Virus record (IMG/VR): IMGVR_UViG_3300017548_000002
Coordinates: 1-53,105 of that record
DNA length: 53,105 bases
Strand: one strand, 5' to 3'
Source of the DNA: a virus
Lineage: Duplodnaviria; Caudoviricetes
In this document: positions 16,610 to 26,625 of the stretch, in pieces
Numbering within the stretch: position 1 is the stretch's first letter
Layout: each line of letters begins with the position of its first letter
The notes under the pieces: generated by a model
Told to the model about the DNA's origin: nothing
What the model saw: only the letters and a program-made list of their open reading frames with translations
The model's database searches: none
Position numbers and translations under genes: made by a program

Positions 16610-19149
16610 GGCCCCTCGAGGAACTGATCGAGGGAACGGTCGCGCATACCTTCGGGATCGTCCTGCATGAGCCGCATTTCAGCGTCGTCCTCACGCGCCC
16701 ATTCGATTTCCCGATTCGTGACCCGCTGCGCTTCCTCCTTCACCGCCGAAACATCGGGGAAGAACAGTTCCCCCGGCACAGTCTGGATGTTCCCGTTCGG
16801 ATCGACATAGCCCACGAAATAGCCTGGCAATTTGCCGGCCTTCACCAACGCGTCGGTTTCCGGCGTGGACATGACGATGAGCGAATCCCGGATCATGTTC
16901 TTCTTGACCTCGGCAATGGTGTTGGCAACATCGCCGGTCAACGCGATGCTCGGAAGCGTTGCGCGAACCTCGTCATCGCTGATGAAGCCAGCCAATTCGT
17001 CCACGATCTGATCGCGGGCATAGCCGAAGGGATCGCCGCCCGGCATGGCAGGCCAATATTTCTCCGGCGGATGCTTCATCACCACCTTGCGGCTGCCAAG
17101 TTCCGTCACGCCATACATCCGCTTCATCTGTTCGTTGGCCCGGTTGAGCGCCAGTTCCGCATTGCCGTTCGTGGCATAGAACTGCTGCTCCGCAATGGCG
17201 CGATATTCCGCTGCTATTCCAAGGCGCTGCCCCTCGTTGAAGCCGACATCGGGATTGGAGCCGAGGCCAAGCAAGCTGTCATCGAAGATCGCGCCGATGT
17301 CGGCGGTTTCCAGTTCCTTGACGAACTCCTTTGCCGCTGGCTCCAATGCCTTCCTGTCGCGCTGCCTTGCCGGGTCTTGCGCATCCCGGAGCCGCTGCGC
17401 CGCTTCCGCCGCGCTCATGTCCAGATTGTTGACGTAATAACTGAAATCGTCGGCCATCTTCTGGACTTCGGCTCCGCCTTCGCGCCGGGACAGAGCCGCT
17501 GGATTGATCATGGACAGTCGTTGTGCAGCCTGTGCCGCTTGCTCCACCATATTCACATCAGTAGAGGTGAGGCCCTGCCGGATCAGGTTCATCGCCCCTT
17601 TCGGAACCACACCAGTCTGCCGAACCAGTTCCTCCGTAAGCGGCTGGATGTTCTCGGGCGCAGCCTTCACCGTGGCGTCATAGACCTTATCGACGGTCTT
17701 TCGGCCATCCGCGTCATAGGGATCGACACGCAGGTTCCCGCCGGCAAATTCCTGTACCGCCGTCGCCGTGGCAAGCGCATCCTTCATTTCGGTGCGGAAC
17801 GAACGCAGCAAGGTTGCCTTGTCGCCGTCGTTCAGCGTCGTATCCGAAAGTATCTGCTGCTCCGATGCAATGCCGCCCGTCAAGATGGAAAGGCTGACGC
17901 TATCCTTGTACGCCTCGTACTGTGCCTTCTGCTGCGCTCTGGCTTCGGTCGTCATCTGCCGTTGGCGCTGCGCAGCCGTGTCAATGAGCGCCTGCCTGCG
18001 CTCCGGGGCGAGACGCTCCATGAAATCGAGTTGCGGAGCCGGCCCGCCCATCTTCTTTGCGGCCCAGCCCTTAAGGCCGGCAACGGTCATGCCTTTCAGG
18101 AACGGGTTGGCGTTCAGCACCTCAGCCGGGAGGACAGAGGACAGCGCCTCGCCGTCGCCGGAACCGAGAACATTCGCGGCCCCTGCCGGCCCGAGGAAGT
18201 GTGCGAGATAGACATTGCCCGCCGTGGCGGCATGGCCCCGCGCCCCGAGGTATCTGGCGTTTTCCTCCGCATAGCGGGCAGTCATTTCCCTCGACAGAGC
18301 GACATCATTGCGCAGTGCTAGAAGCTGTTCGTTCGACCGGCCCTGCGCCAGATCAGGACGATACTGCTTCACCATTTTCAGCCATGTGCTGGAAATGAAC
18401 TGCCCCGCTCCTGTGGCTGACGAATTGGGGTTCTTGGCGTTTGCCTTCCCGCCCGACTCCGCGCCGATGATGCGGTCTACCAGTGAGGCGTCGTTGCCGA
18501 GGATCAGGTTCGGGTTACGCGCGGCAAGCAACTGCCCCCGCGTGAAATCAGCTCCGTCCTGAAACAGCTCACGACGCCTTGCCGCTTCCTCAGGCGAGAA
18601 CAGCCCCGACGCCTCGCCCACGTCAATCGAGGCCATGATGTCGCGGCGGGCTTTCTCCCGAACCTCATCCGGCGTGTCGGGATCTACATAGACCCTGCGA
18701 TTAGCTTCAAGCCCCTCGTCAAAAGCGACGGTTTCGGCCTGCTTCGACTTCGCGCGGCCCGCATCCGCAATGCCGTCATTCACGCGGGCCGCATCGCCCT
18801 GAGCGCCAGCAAGCCACCTCTCCCGCATGCGGGGATCGCGGATCAGGGAAGCTGCCCGATTGATGACACCGCTCGTGCGTTCCGGCGCTCGCTTGCCGAA
18901 CGTCACATAATCCGGATCCTGATCGAACTCGTTCTGAACCGCAAGCATCTGTTCGGTCTTGAACGCTTCGGCTCGAGCAAGATCAACGGCGTTCTGCTGC
19001 TGAATGGCCTCACGGCCCATTTGCTCGATGGAGCCGCCGAGAGACGCTATTCCTCGCCCTATGGCCGTCGTGTCCTCGCGCGCCACCATACGCCCGCTGC
19101 GCAGCGACAGAGGCCCGGAAAGCTGTGTGCGATCTGGCAATCTGGCCAT
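16606..19149 (-). CDS. Internal virion protein with lytic transglycosylase domain
   Basis: IIGAESGG.ANAKNPNSSATGAGQFISSTW and YLAHFLG lysozyme-like motifs. Confidence 0.8.
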   Translation of the reverse strand: MARLPDRTQLSGPLSLRSGRMVAREDTTAIGRGIASLGGSIEQMGREAIQQQNAVDLARAEAFKTEQMLAVQNEFDQDPDYVTFGKRAPERTSGVINRAASLIRDPRMRERWLAGAQGDAARVNDGIADAGRAKSKQAETVAFDEGLEANRRVYVDPDTPDEVREKARRDIMASIDVGEASGLFSPEEAARRRELFQDGADFTRGQLLAARNPNLILGNDASLVDRIIGAESGGKANAKNPNSSATGAGQFISSTWLKMVKQYRPDLAQGRSNEQLLALRNDVALSREMTARYAEENARYLGARGHAATAGNVYLAHFLGPAGAANVLGSGDGEALSSVLPAEVLNANPFLKGMTVAGLKGWAAKKMGGPAPQLDFMERLAPERRQALIDTAAQRQRQMTTEARAQQKAQYEAYKDSVSLSILTGGIASEQQILSDTTLNDGDKATLLRSFRTEMKDALATATAVQEFAGGNLRVDPYDADGRKTVDKVYDATVKAAPENIQPLTEELVRQTGVVPKGAMNLIRQGLTSTDVNMVEQAAQAAQRLSMINPAALSRREGGAEVQKMADDFSYYVNNLDMSAAEAAQRLRDAQDPARQRDRKALEPAAKEFVKELETADIGAIFDDSLLGLGSNPDVGFNEGQRLGIAAEYRAIAEQQFYATNGNAELALNRANEQMKRMYGVTELGSRKVVMKHPPEKYWPAMPGGDPFGYARDQIVDELAGFISDDEVRATLPSIALTGDVANTIAEVKKNMIRDSLIVMSTPETDALVKAGKLPGYFVGYVDPNGNIQTVPGELFFPDVSAVKEEAQRVTNREIEWAREDDAEMRLMQDDPEGMRDRSLDQFLEGP

Positions 19150-19691
19150 CAGCGAAGCCCTGCCCACGGATCGCGGCGGCGACCACCGCCGAAGCCCGAG
19201 CCAGAAAGGCCAGACGCGGCCTGTCCAAAACCGCTGAACACCGAGCCAAGCAGGGACGCCCTGCCGGAGCGCCGCGTTGCGCTGGCCTGATCGTACAGAC
19301 CTCGCCTGCGGCTTTCGCCGCCATACATGGCCGTGCGAGCGTTATAGTCCGCGTCCGCCGCCGTATCCGTCATGAGCCTCACTATGGTAGGCGAATCCAG
19401 GCTGTCGCCACCGGCAGCGGCAAGCGCCCTCTGCCGGGACATGACAAGCTCGCCCTCGCGGCGCTTCTGCTGTGCGTCACGCTGGGCTGCGGCGAATTCC
19501 TCCTTGCCGCGTTCCTCTTGCTGCTCAGCCTCGAATTGCGCCGCATTGTTGGCCGCAACGCCGGTCGCGATGGTTCCAGCCGCGCCAACGAGACTGCCAA
19601 CGGTGGCGAGCGTCGTACCGACACTTGCCGCGCTACCGGCAGCGGAGCCGCCGATACCGAGCGCCGCTGCTATAGCAGAGAGAGACGCCAT
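19149..19691 (-). CDS. Small internal virion (ejection) protein
   Basis: Gly/Ala-rich hydrophobic N-terminus and coiled coil; first gene of the ejection block. Confidence 0.7.
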   Translation of the reverse strand: MASLSAIAAALGIGGSAAGSAASVGTTLATVGSLVGAAGTIATGVAANNAAQFEAEQQEERGKEEFAAAQRDAQQKRREGELVMSRQRALAAAGGDSLDSPTIVRLMTDTAADADYNARTAMYGGESRRRGLYDQASATRRSGRASLLGSVFSGFGQAASGLSGSGFGGGRRRDPWAGLR

Positions 19692-20035
19692 GCTTCTTTT
19701 CCGTTATCTTCGCCCGCAGGCTCAAACCCGACGATCTTCAAAAGCCGCTCCGATGTGTCGTAGGCCGCATCCCGGATCGTCCAGATTTCAGTTTCGCCCA
19801 ACTGCCGGGCCTTGCGGATCATCCGCCTTGCTTCCCTGACCGCAACCAGTCCGGCGCCCGGCACCTGCTTCTCAATGTGGAAAAAGAGAAAGCAGCGCCC
19901 GCCGCCCCATGTCAGTCCGCCAATGCCGATCACTTCGCCTTCATGGATTCCGATGGTCGCGAATACAGGCAGATCGATTTCCAGCCCCGCAATGCCCATC
20001 GGACGCGGGATCGGGATGCGATGCAGCTCGATCAC
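19670..20035 (-). CDS. Virion assembly protein, possibly GNAT-like
   Basis: GTG start overlapping the tubular B stop; ends SERLLKIVGFEP; syntenic position between tubular B and the ejection genes. Confidence 0.55.
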   Translation of the reverse strand: MIELHRIPIPRPMGIAGLEIDLPVFATIGIHEGEVIGIGGLTWGGGRCFLFFHIEKQVPGAGLVAVREARRMIRKARQLGETEIWTIRDAAYDTSERLLKIVGFEPAGEDNGKEAWRLSLL

Positions 20036-22731
20036 TCGTTGGCCTCGACGGAGAATACCATGCCGAGGACAGAAACGGGCCATTCCGCCGTGAAGCAAAC
20101 CCGGCTGTCGGTATCCCATTGGCCGTCAAACACGACCGGACCTTCATCGTCCACCGCCCCGAGATTGACGTTCTGCGCCGTGACGCCGCCCTTGAGGATC
20201 GGCAACGGGTCCAGATGCTCGAAATCCCGGCCATGACGGAAGCCGGGCCGGACATAATCGGACAGGATCAACCCGAGGTCGTTGACGCGCTTTTTCATGA
20301 CGAGTGCGGCTCCGCTCACCGCCCCGTATGCCAGTCGGGCCGACTTGTACCGCGCCTCGTAGGGCAGTCCGTAGACGTAGTTCGTCACCGGAACCGGCAG
20401 GCCGTTGATATTGCCGAACACGTCCACCGGGAACAGCTTCGGCCTCACAATTTCGTCGCCTTCTATCACCACGGTTTCGGTGATAGGCGCGCCATCGGCC
20501 CACACCTTCACGGAACGGCCCGAAAGATGCGCCGCACCGCTGATCGTGGTGGATGCAGTTTGCGTCCCGGCCTTGAAGCAGTCCATCACCATCGCCTGCG
20601 AACCGGGGAGCGCGTCAACGTCCCGCGCCATCTTTTCGATGTAACGAATGTCCGACGACGTTCCCCGGTTGACGATGAAATAAACCCGGTCCTGATCCCG
20701 CGCCGGCAGGACTTCCACGTCCTCGAACCTGCCTTCCGTCTCGATGGGGGCGAAGGCAATCACTTCCTGTTGCGGCTCGTAGAGGATCGACATGAGCGAT
20801 CCATCGTTCATCACGACCCATATCCGCGTATCGGGCTGACGCTGCACCGCGACCGACCTTATGCCGGAGGCGAAAAACGTCGAACAAAGACGAGACATGT
20901 CGCTGGTCAGGAAGTCGCCCGCCTCGACGGAGTAAACCACCTCCATCAATGCGGTCAGCGCCTTGTTGACGAACATGCCGCGCCCGTCCACCTTAACCGC
21001 GTCCACCGGCGCGCTGCCATAGGTGGAAATCGGCTTCGCCGTGGCATTCGTCGGCGTCAGCGGCTCATCGAAGGACGAGGACCGGATGGACACCTCCGAA
21101 CCGTCCGTTAGCGCCAGAAGCCGCGTCAGGGGCAAAAGCGATACGATCTGGTTGGCGCCGTCGATGGCGATGGTCTTGAGAACCGGCCCGGCATCGCCCT
21201 CTACTTCCTCGTCAAAGGAATTGAAGGCGTCGGAAACAGACCCCCAATATTTATCTTGCCCGCCCCACCACAGACGCCCCTCCGTCAACGCTACGGCAGT
21301 CGGCCAGCCCCGAGCGTCCGACCATTCGCCTTCGCGCCAATCCGCCGTGTAGTTCCTGTTCCTGAACGGACGAAGGATTTCAATATCCACCTGCGTCGGG
21401 CTGGTGTATCCGATCACACGGCAAATCCCGAAGCCACCACCACCCAGGTAGGAAAGCCCCACCGCTGCCTCTCCGGACGTGTACTGGCCCTCCGCGAACC
21501 CGATGCGGTACCAGACAATCGCGTTGCTGTCCTCGTCCGTCGTCACCGTCTGCGGCGAGCCGGTCGTGACGCTGGCATATTCGCGATAGCCGAAATCCTC
21601 CCCGTCAACGGACCTGTAGAGCTTGAGCGTGCCGGAAAAGGTTCCGCTGATCGAATATCCGAAATTCCGGTCGCTATAGGCATCGGTGTGGATGCCGGTT
21701 ACCCTGATGGGGTCGGTATATTGATCCTCCCCGGCCAAGCCCTGCACCACGATCTGGCCGTCGTGAAACAGGCGGAACAGCGCACCAATATGCGATTGAC
21801 GGAAAAACGGCTTGTCCGCCGTCAGTGTCGTGTTCCCGCTCGTAGCTCCGGGCTTCAACCGAACGGGCGACGTGCGATACGCTGCGAACGGCCCATCGTC
21901 GGAAACGTACTGAACCACGGACCACGAATGATCGTCGCGGCGCTCGATCCTGTATTGCCGCTGTCCCGATGCGACATACATCACGTCGATGGACTGTGCG
22001 AAGCGAAGCGCATCGGGATCGGCCCATATCGTCGGAAGCGTCATGACGCCTGCTTCCTCGACCTGAACGCTATCCACGATGCGGAACACGTCGTCGTCGG
22101 AACCGAAGCGAATCCAGAAGCTCGCACCCGAAGGGGTGAATGCCAGCGAATGGAACCCGGTCGCTAGCTGCGTCTCGGCAATCAGATCGTCCGCGTCCTG
22201 CGACGACCCGCAGCGGAACGATACCGGACCACGAGCGACATGGATGCGCAATGCATGGCGCTTTCCGGCAGATGAAGTGGAAACCTGCTGGCGCGCCCAC
22301 GCCGCCCCGCCCTTGGATTGAGCCAGCAGAATCAAGGTGCCGTTGCTGATGGATGTCGATTGGCCGTCAGAACTGGCAAGCGTCCATCCCGCAGACGCAT
22401 CGAAATCGCCATTCTGGACCGAGCTGGAAACCGCCTCGCGCGTTACAAGCTGATCGTTGACCCTGACGCGCATGACGTACGGGGTGAACTCAAGCATCGC
22501 CACAGAGGTCGTGGACCTGACGAAAGCCTTTAGCCGTCCGCGAGCCTGCTGGCGCGTATTGCCGATGAATTCGGTTCCGGGCCGGAAAAACGCCCTGCCC
22601 GTCGTTGTGGGCAGAAGATTGGTCTGATCCTCAGCTGCGAGCCGCATACGTTCCAGATCGACGCGGGCAAGCGCCGTCCGGTCCACAACGCCGACATTCA
22701 ACGCGTGGTGATAGGGCCGCGCCTTCGGCAT
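20032..22731 (-). CDS. Tail tubular protein B (nozzle)
   Basis: 899 aa, RPGTEF N-terminal motif, AQSIDVMY, GWPTAVALTEGRLWWGG, GLPYEA; synteny. Confidence 0.8.
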   Translation of the reverse strand: MPKARPYHHALNVGVVDRTALARVDLERMRLAAEDQTNLLPTTTGRAFFRPGTEFIGNTRQQARGRLKAFVRSTTSVAMLEFTPYVMRVRVNDQLVTREAVSSSVQNGDFDASAGWTLASSDGQSTSISNGTLILLAQSKGGAAWARQQVSTSSAGKRHALRIHVARGPVSFRCGSSQDADDLIAETQLATGFHSLAFTPSGASFWIRFGSDDDVFRIVDSVQVEEAGVMTLPTIWADPDALRFAQSIDVMYVASGQRQYRIERRDDHSWSVVQYVSDDGPFAAYRTSPVRLKPGATSGNTTLTADKPFFRQSHIGALFRLFHDGQIVVQGLAGEDQYTDPIRVTGIHTDAYSDRNFGYSISGTFSGTLKLYRSVDGEDFGYREYASVTTGSPQTVTTDEDSNAIVWYRIGFAEGQYTSGEAAVGLSYLGGGGFGICRVIGYTSPTQVDIEILRPFRNRNYTADWREGEWSDARGWPTAVALTEGRLWWGGQDKYWGSVSDAFNSFDEEVEGDAGPVLKTIAIDGANQIVSLLPLTRLLALTDGSEVSIRSSSFDEPLTPTNATAKPISTYGSAPVDAVKVDGRGMFVNKALTALMEVVYSVEAGDFLTSDMSRLCSTFFASGIRSVAVQRQPDTRIWVVMNDGSLMSILYEPQQEVIAFAPIETEGRFEDVEVLPARDQDRVYFIVNRGTSSDIRYIEKMARDVDALPGSQAMVMDCFKAGTQTASTTISGAAHLSGRSVKVWADGAPITETVVIEGDEIVRPKLFPVDVFGNINGLPVPVTNYVYGLPYEARYKSARLAYGAVSGAALVMKKRVNDLGLILSDYVRPGFRHGRDFEHLDPLPILKGGVTAQNVNLGAVDDEGPVVFDGQWDTDSRVCFTAEWPVSVLGMVFSVEANE

Positions 22732-23345
22732 CAGCGTTCGCGGCCCGTAAAGTTCTCAAGCCGGGAGCGGACCAAGCGGCCCATCGGCATGCGCCTGACC
22801 CGTTCATCCACGGCATCAAGGCTCTTGGCTTCCGCCAGCCGCGTCTTGTAGAGCTGGTACAGGTCGTTGCGGTTGCCGCGATCATTGGAGATCGGCAATC
22901 CGCACTCGAAAGCCAGATATGCCTCAAGAGCCTTGGCGAATGGCTGCCGCCATGCCCCGACATTCCAGCCGTAGTTTGGATCGCTGGAAACGTACCGGAC
23001 ATAGAGCGGTTTTATGCTGGCATGCCAATGGCTGGTTTCGTCCTCGTACTGCTCATAGCCCTCGCGGAACGATGCGTCCTGCGAGATATTGGCAGTCCTG
23101 ATCCAGTCGGAAGGCTTGGAGAACGCATAGAGGTAGCCGAACAGCGGCTCAACATTGGCGTCGTAGTCCAGCTCGACGGTGCGGATCGCGAAGTTCCACA
23201 TCCCGCGCGACAGCAGATCGTCCACGGCGGATTGCCACGCGGCATCCAGTGAACGGCGCGCGGCGCTGACCTCGTTGAGCGAGGCCAGCTGCGTGTCGCC
23301 AAGGAGGCGGAGCGCGCCGTTGTAGATGGAGAGCCGGGATGCCAT
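22731..23345 (-). CDS. Tail tubular protein A (adaptor)
   Basis: Start re-called at MASRLSIYNGALRLLG; WNFA and YAFSKPSDWIR motifs. Confidence 0.8.
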   Translation of the reverse strand: MASRLSIYNGALRLLGDTQLASLNEVSAARRSLDAAWQSAVDDLLSRGMWNFAIRTVELDYDANVEPLFGYLYAFSKPSDWIRTANISQDASFREGYEQYEDETSHWHASIKPLYVRYVSSDPNYGWNVGAWRQPFAKALEAYLAFECGLPISNDRGNRNDLYQLYKTRLAEAKSLDAVDERVRRMPMGRLVRSRLENFTGRER

Positions 23346-23349
23346 TGCG

Positions 23350-23826
23350 CTATGCAGCCTTCGCCGCGTGTTCTGTGGCCGCGATGATGGCTGCTTCCCT
23401 CGACGGATGATCCCGGCTGATTTCCATGTTTGGGTTTTCGGTGAACACGCGCCAGCGCGTGCGTGGCGCGAAGCTGATCTTGTAGCCGGCAGGAATGGGA
23501 AGCCCGCTATCCGGCTCATCGGCTGCAATGCCCTCGCGAACCCATACGCGCAGCGGGCGCATGCGAACGAAGCCGGTGCCCTTCTCGACAACGCGCAGGG
23601 TTACGTCCATGCTGTCGTCCTGTGACACTACGTCAATCACATCGTGGATGCGCAGGCCGGCGGTGTGGTGTGCCCAGAAGCCGGGACGCATGAGATCGTC
23701 CACGCTGATTTCAGGCCCGACAACGAGATGATGCGTGGACCGCACATAATCCGCTCCGGTGGAGCGCATCGCTGTCGGATGAAGCACAGGCTTCGCCTTC
23801 GGCTTTTCAGCCGTCTGAATGTCCAT
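23350..23826 (-). CDS. Phage hypothetical protein (head-tail region)
   Basis: 158-aa ORF with AGAGG RBS, in operon. Confidence 0.65.
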   Translation of the reverse strand: MDIQTAEKPKAKPVLHPTAMRSTGADYVRSTHHLVVGPEISVDDLMRPGFWAHHTAGLRIHDVIDVVSQDDSMDVTLRVVEKGTGFVRMRPLRVWVREGIAADEPDSGLPIPAGYKISFAPRTRWRVFTENPNMEISRDHPSREAAIIAATEHAAKAA

Positions 23827-23929
23827 GATTTGCCTCTTTCAATGGAGAGAGCGGTTTGGGGCGAGCCGAAGCCCGCCCCTCGACCGCTAAGGGGAGAGGC
23901 GACCCCGCGACCGAAGCCGCGAGACCGCG

Positions 23930-24187
23930 TTAGGTGATCGCCGTGAGCGGCGTTAGCGTGCCTGCACCGTTGGTGACAGTGACCTGGGCAATCGACGTGA
24001 GGCCATTGCCCGTGTCAACGCAGATGACGGTATCACCCGTTTTCATGCCGAGAGCCCCGGCATTGGTGATGTAGCCAGCGTCGTCGAACGCCGTTTCGGC
24101 GTCCGGCGACTTGTACATCCACAGGCGTCCGTGGCCGCCCACACCCTGAGAGATCAGGCCGGGAGGGTTGCTGGTGCTGTATGCCAT
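23930..24187 (-). CDS. Putative capsid decoration protein
   Basis: Follows the capsid gene, AGGAG RBS, GYITNAGALGMKTGD motif. Confidence 0.6.
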   Translation of the reverse strand: MAYSTSNPPGLISQGVGGHGRLWMYKSPDAETAFDDAGYITNAGALGMKTGDTVICVDTGNGLTSIAQVTVTNGAGTLTPLTAIT

Positions 24188-24200
24188 GTTCTGGGTCTCC

Positions 24201-25037
24201 TTAGCTCGCCACGAACGCAGAGCCATCGTGAGTGATCTTCACGATGCCGTTGTTCTGGAGGATTTTCGCGCCGTGGTAGACCGTGGCACGGGACCAGGAG
24301 ATGGCCTGCTTCGCGTCCCAGCCGGCTTCGATGTTCTCTTCACCGACGTTTACCGCATAGCCGATGGCCGAGCGGTGGTACATGTAGCAGATCTCCGCAG
24401 CCGTACCGAGGCCGGTGATACGGCTCGACACGATCCAGTTCACACCGTTCCAGCGCCACATCTTGCGGGCGGGGCCGGAAAACGCCTTCATGTCCACATA
24501 GTCGCCCGAGGCAAACTCGGTCGTCTGCATCAGGTAGCCCCGGAAGGCCGGGCTGATGATCGCGAACATGTTGTCCTCTTCCTCGACCGCAACATCGTTG
24601 TTGCCGAGGATCGCCTGCGCGCCGAGAACGGTGTTGAGCGTTGCCGTGCCGGTGCCGTAGTCCTGCGTGGCATTGGCCAGCTCAGCCAGGAGCGTCAGGT
24701 CGATGTCGCGGTTGATGACCGCAATCGAAGAGTCGCGCATGACCTTGAGCTGGTCGCCCTGCGAGGCGAATACGTTGAAGCCGGTAAGCTCGTAGGGAGC
24801 GTGCTTCTCCACCAGCGTGGCGGTGTACTGGTTGTTGGTCGGATTGCCATAGGGAATCTGACCGTTGACGCCGCGCGTGACGGCGGTGTCACCACCGGAG
24901 CCGGACACGAGGAACGTGGCCTGCTCGCCCTTGATGACGGTTTCCTTCGTGGTCGTCTGCTTGAGCATCGACATGCGCTGCTCAAACGCCGGCACGAAGT
25001 CTTTTCGATACTGGATAACGGCAGCTTCGACAGCCAT
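24201..25037 (-). CDS. Major capsid protein
   Basis: 278 aa, strong AGGAGG RBS, biased codon use, directly after the scaffold gene. Confidence 0.82.
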   Translation of the reverse strand: MAVEAAVIQYRKDFVPAFEQRMSMLKQTTTKETVIKGEQATFLVSGSGGDTAVTRGVNGQIPYGNPTNNQYTATLVEKHAPYELTGFNVFASQGDQLKVMRDSSIAVINRDIDLTLLAELANATQDYGTGTATLNTVLGAQAILGNNDVAVEEEDNMFAIISPAFRGYLMQTTEFASGDYVDMKAFSGPARKMWRWNGVNWIVSSRITGLGTAAEICYMYHRSAIGYAVNVGEENIEAGWDAKQAISWSRATVYHGAKILQNNGIVKITHDGSAFVAS

Positions 25038-25211
25038 GTTACCCTCCTTTCAAGACTTGTGTTGAGGTTTGGAGCCGCGAGCCGTGCAGGTTGGCCGTCA
25101 GCGTTCCGGGGCCGCGCGAGCGGGTTGGCCGGTCAGCCTTCGGGGCTTCACAGATCGTTGGCATTGGAGGTCGCCTGTCAGCGGGGCCTTTCGGGTTGGC
25201 CGCATTCAGGC

Positions 25212-25236
25212 AAAGAAAAACCCGCTCAAAGGCGGG
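25212..25236 (-). terminator. Intrinsic terminator after the scaffold gene
   Basis: Minus strand CCCGC-CTTTGA-GCGGG followed by TTTTTCTTT. Confidence 0.7.
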
Positions 25237-25256
25237 GATTGGTGGAGGAAGGCGGG

Positions 25257-26216
25257 CTATTTGCCGCGAGCCAGTTCCTTCTCAATGATTGTCCGGTACT
25301 CACGGTCAAGACCTTCCCGCTCATACCTCTCGAAATCCGAGTCGCGGATTTTCTCGATTTCCTCTTTGCGGGCTGCGTGACGCGATGCGCCGTCAGCCGT
25401 GGCGAACGTCACGTCACCGAAATGCTGTCGACCCTGATCCGCCGCCCACGCGATGAACTCAGGCACGGAACCGAGCAAGCGGCCATCGGGAAGCCGGGCT
25501 TCCGCGAAATTGGCGCCAAGGCCGGGAATCTGCTCGATATAGCGTTTGCCGAGTGTCAGGTTCGTCTTGTACTCGCCATGCGCCCAATCCTTGCGCAGTT
25601 CGGTTTCGGCGTCTTCCTCAGCCTGCCGGTCTGCCTCGGCCTGCTTTTCGGCCACGGCTTCCGCGTTGGCGACATACCATTCCGTGGCAATGTCGATGAC
25701 GGACTGAGGTGCGTTCTTTCCGTGCGCGAACTCGGTGAAGGCAGCGAGGATCGGCTTATCATCGTCCGTCAGCCGCTTGGCGACTGGCTCGGGCAGGACA
25801 TAGCCGGTCGGATCGTCAGGGATACCCTGCTCCTTCCGCCATTCGGCCATCGCCTTTTCGTCTTTCGGATCAGGCGCATCGCGCTTGATCTTGCCCGATC
25901 GAATGAGGGCCTGTGAATCCAGCAGCGCCTTGGCCACGCCACGAGGCGAACCGAACCGCTTGATGAGCTTGGCAATGTCCTCATTGCCACCGGCCATGTC
26001 CTCGCGCCAGTTGTCGCCAAAGGCAGGCTTGGCTGCGTCATCCGCCTTGTCGCCTTCACCCTTATCGGCGTCAGCAGCGGCGTCCGCTACCTTCGCGGCG
26101 TCATCCGTCACGCCGACCGTCTTGTCGCCGTCCTTGGCCTGTTCCTGCCCTGCGTCAGCCGCAGCATCTTCGACCTTGGCGTCATCCACCAAATCGTCAA
26201 CCTGTTCCGTCGTCAT
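25257..26216 (-). CDS. Capsid scaffolding protein
   Basis: Acidic low-complexity N-terminus, GIPDDPTGY, ELRKDW; between portal and capsid. Confidence 0.75.
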   Translation of the reverse strand: MTTEQVDDLVDDAKVEDAAADAGQEQAKDGDKTVGVTDDAAKVADAAADADKGEGDKADDAAKPAFGDNWREDMAGGNEDIAKLIKRFGSPRGVAKALLDSQALIRSGKIKRDAPDPKDEKAMAEWRKEQGIPDDPTGYVLPEPVAKRLTDDDKPILAAFTEFAHGKNAPQSVIDIATEWYVANAEAVAEKQAEADRQAEEDAETELRKDWAHGEYKTNLTLGKRYIEQIPGLGANFAEARLPDGRLLGSVPEFIAWAADQGRQHFGDVTFATADGASRHAARKEEIEKIRDSDFERYEREGLDREYRTIIEKELARGK

Positions 26217-26497
26217 TCTGCCTCTGCCTCTGCTTTGCCTCTGGTACGTCTGCGCGGCTCGATCAGCGCCAGCGCCTCAGGTTCCCTCATGCGGGCTACC
26301 TGCAAACCGACATGACGCTCTCCCTCGCGGAAGGCGGTTTCCATCGTGTCAGCCGTGAAACTCGTCTGTCCTATGTGGCAGGCGTTGAATACCAGCCACG
26401 CCATTGCACGCTTTTGCTGGCCCTCGTTCGCCTTGCCCTCGAACAATGCACGGAAGGCGTAGAGAACTTCCTTGTCGTAAGCGGCGGGCTTCATCAT
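26213..26497 (-). CDS. Conserved small head-region protein (Bbp19-like)
   Basis: TAFREGERHVGLQ motif, typical of the gene after the portal in such podoviruses. Confidence 0.65.
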   Translation of the reverse strand: MMKPAAYDKEVLYAFRALFEGKANEGQQKRAMAWLVFNACHIGQTSFTADTMETAFREGERHVGLQVARMREPEALALIEPRRRTRGKAEAEAE

Positions 26498-26625
26498 ACG
26501 AAAACCGGCCCGCTCTTTGCCTTCACGCGATAGCGTGGCTTGCTAAACCATATAAAGCCGACAGGCTGGACGAACCTAACGTCATCGACTTCTATTGTCC
26601 TGAACTCGTAATCCCACCACATCAT
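26494..26625 (-). CDS. 43-aa hypothetical protein (not in ORF track)
   Basis: MMWWDYEFRTIEVDDVRFVQPVGFIWFSKPRYRVKAKSGPVFV; ATGA overlaps at both ends. Confidence 0.5.
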   Translation of the reverse strand: MMWWDYEFRTIEVDDVRFVQPVGFIWFSKPRYRVKAKSGPVFV

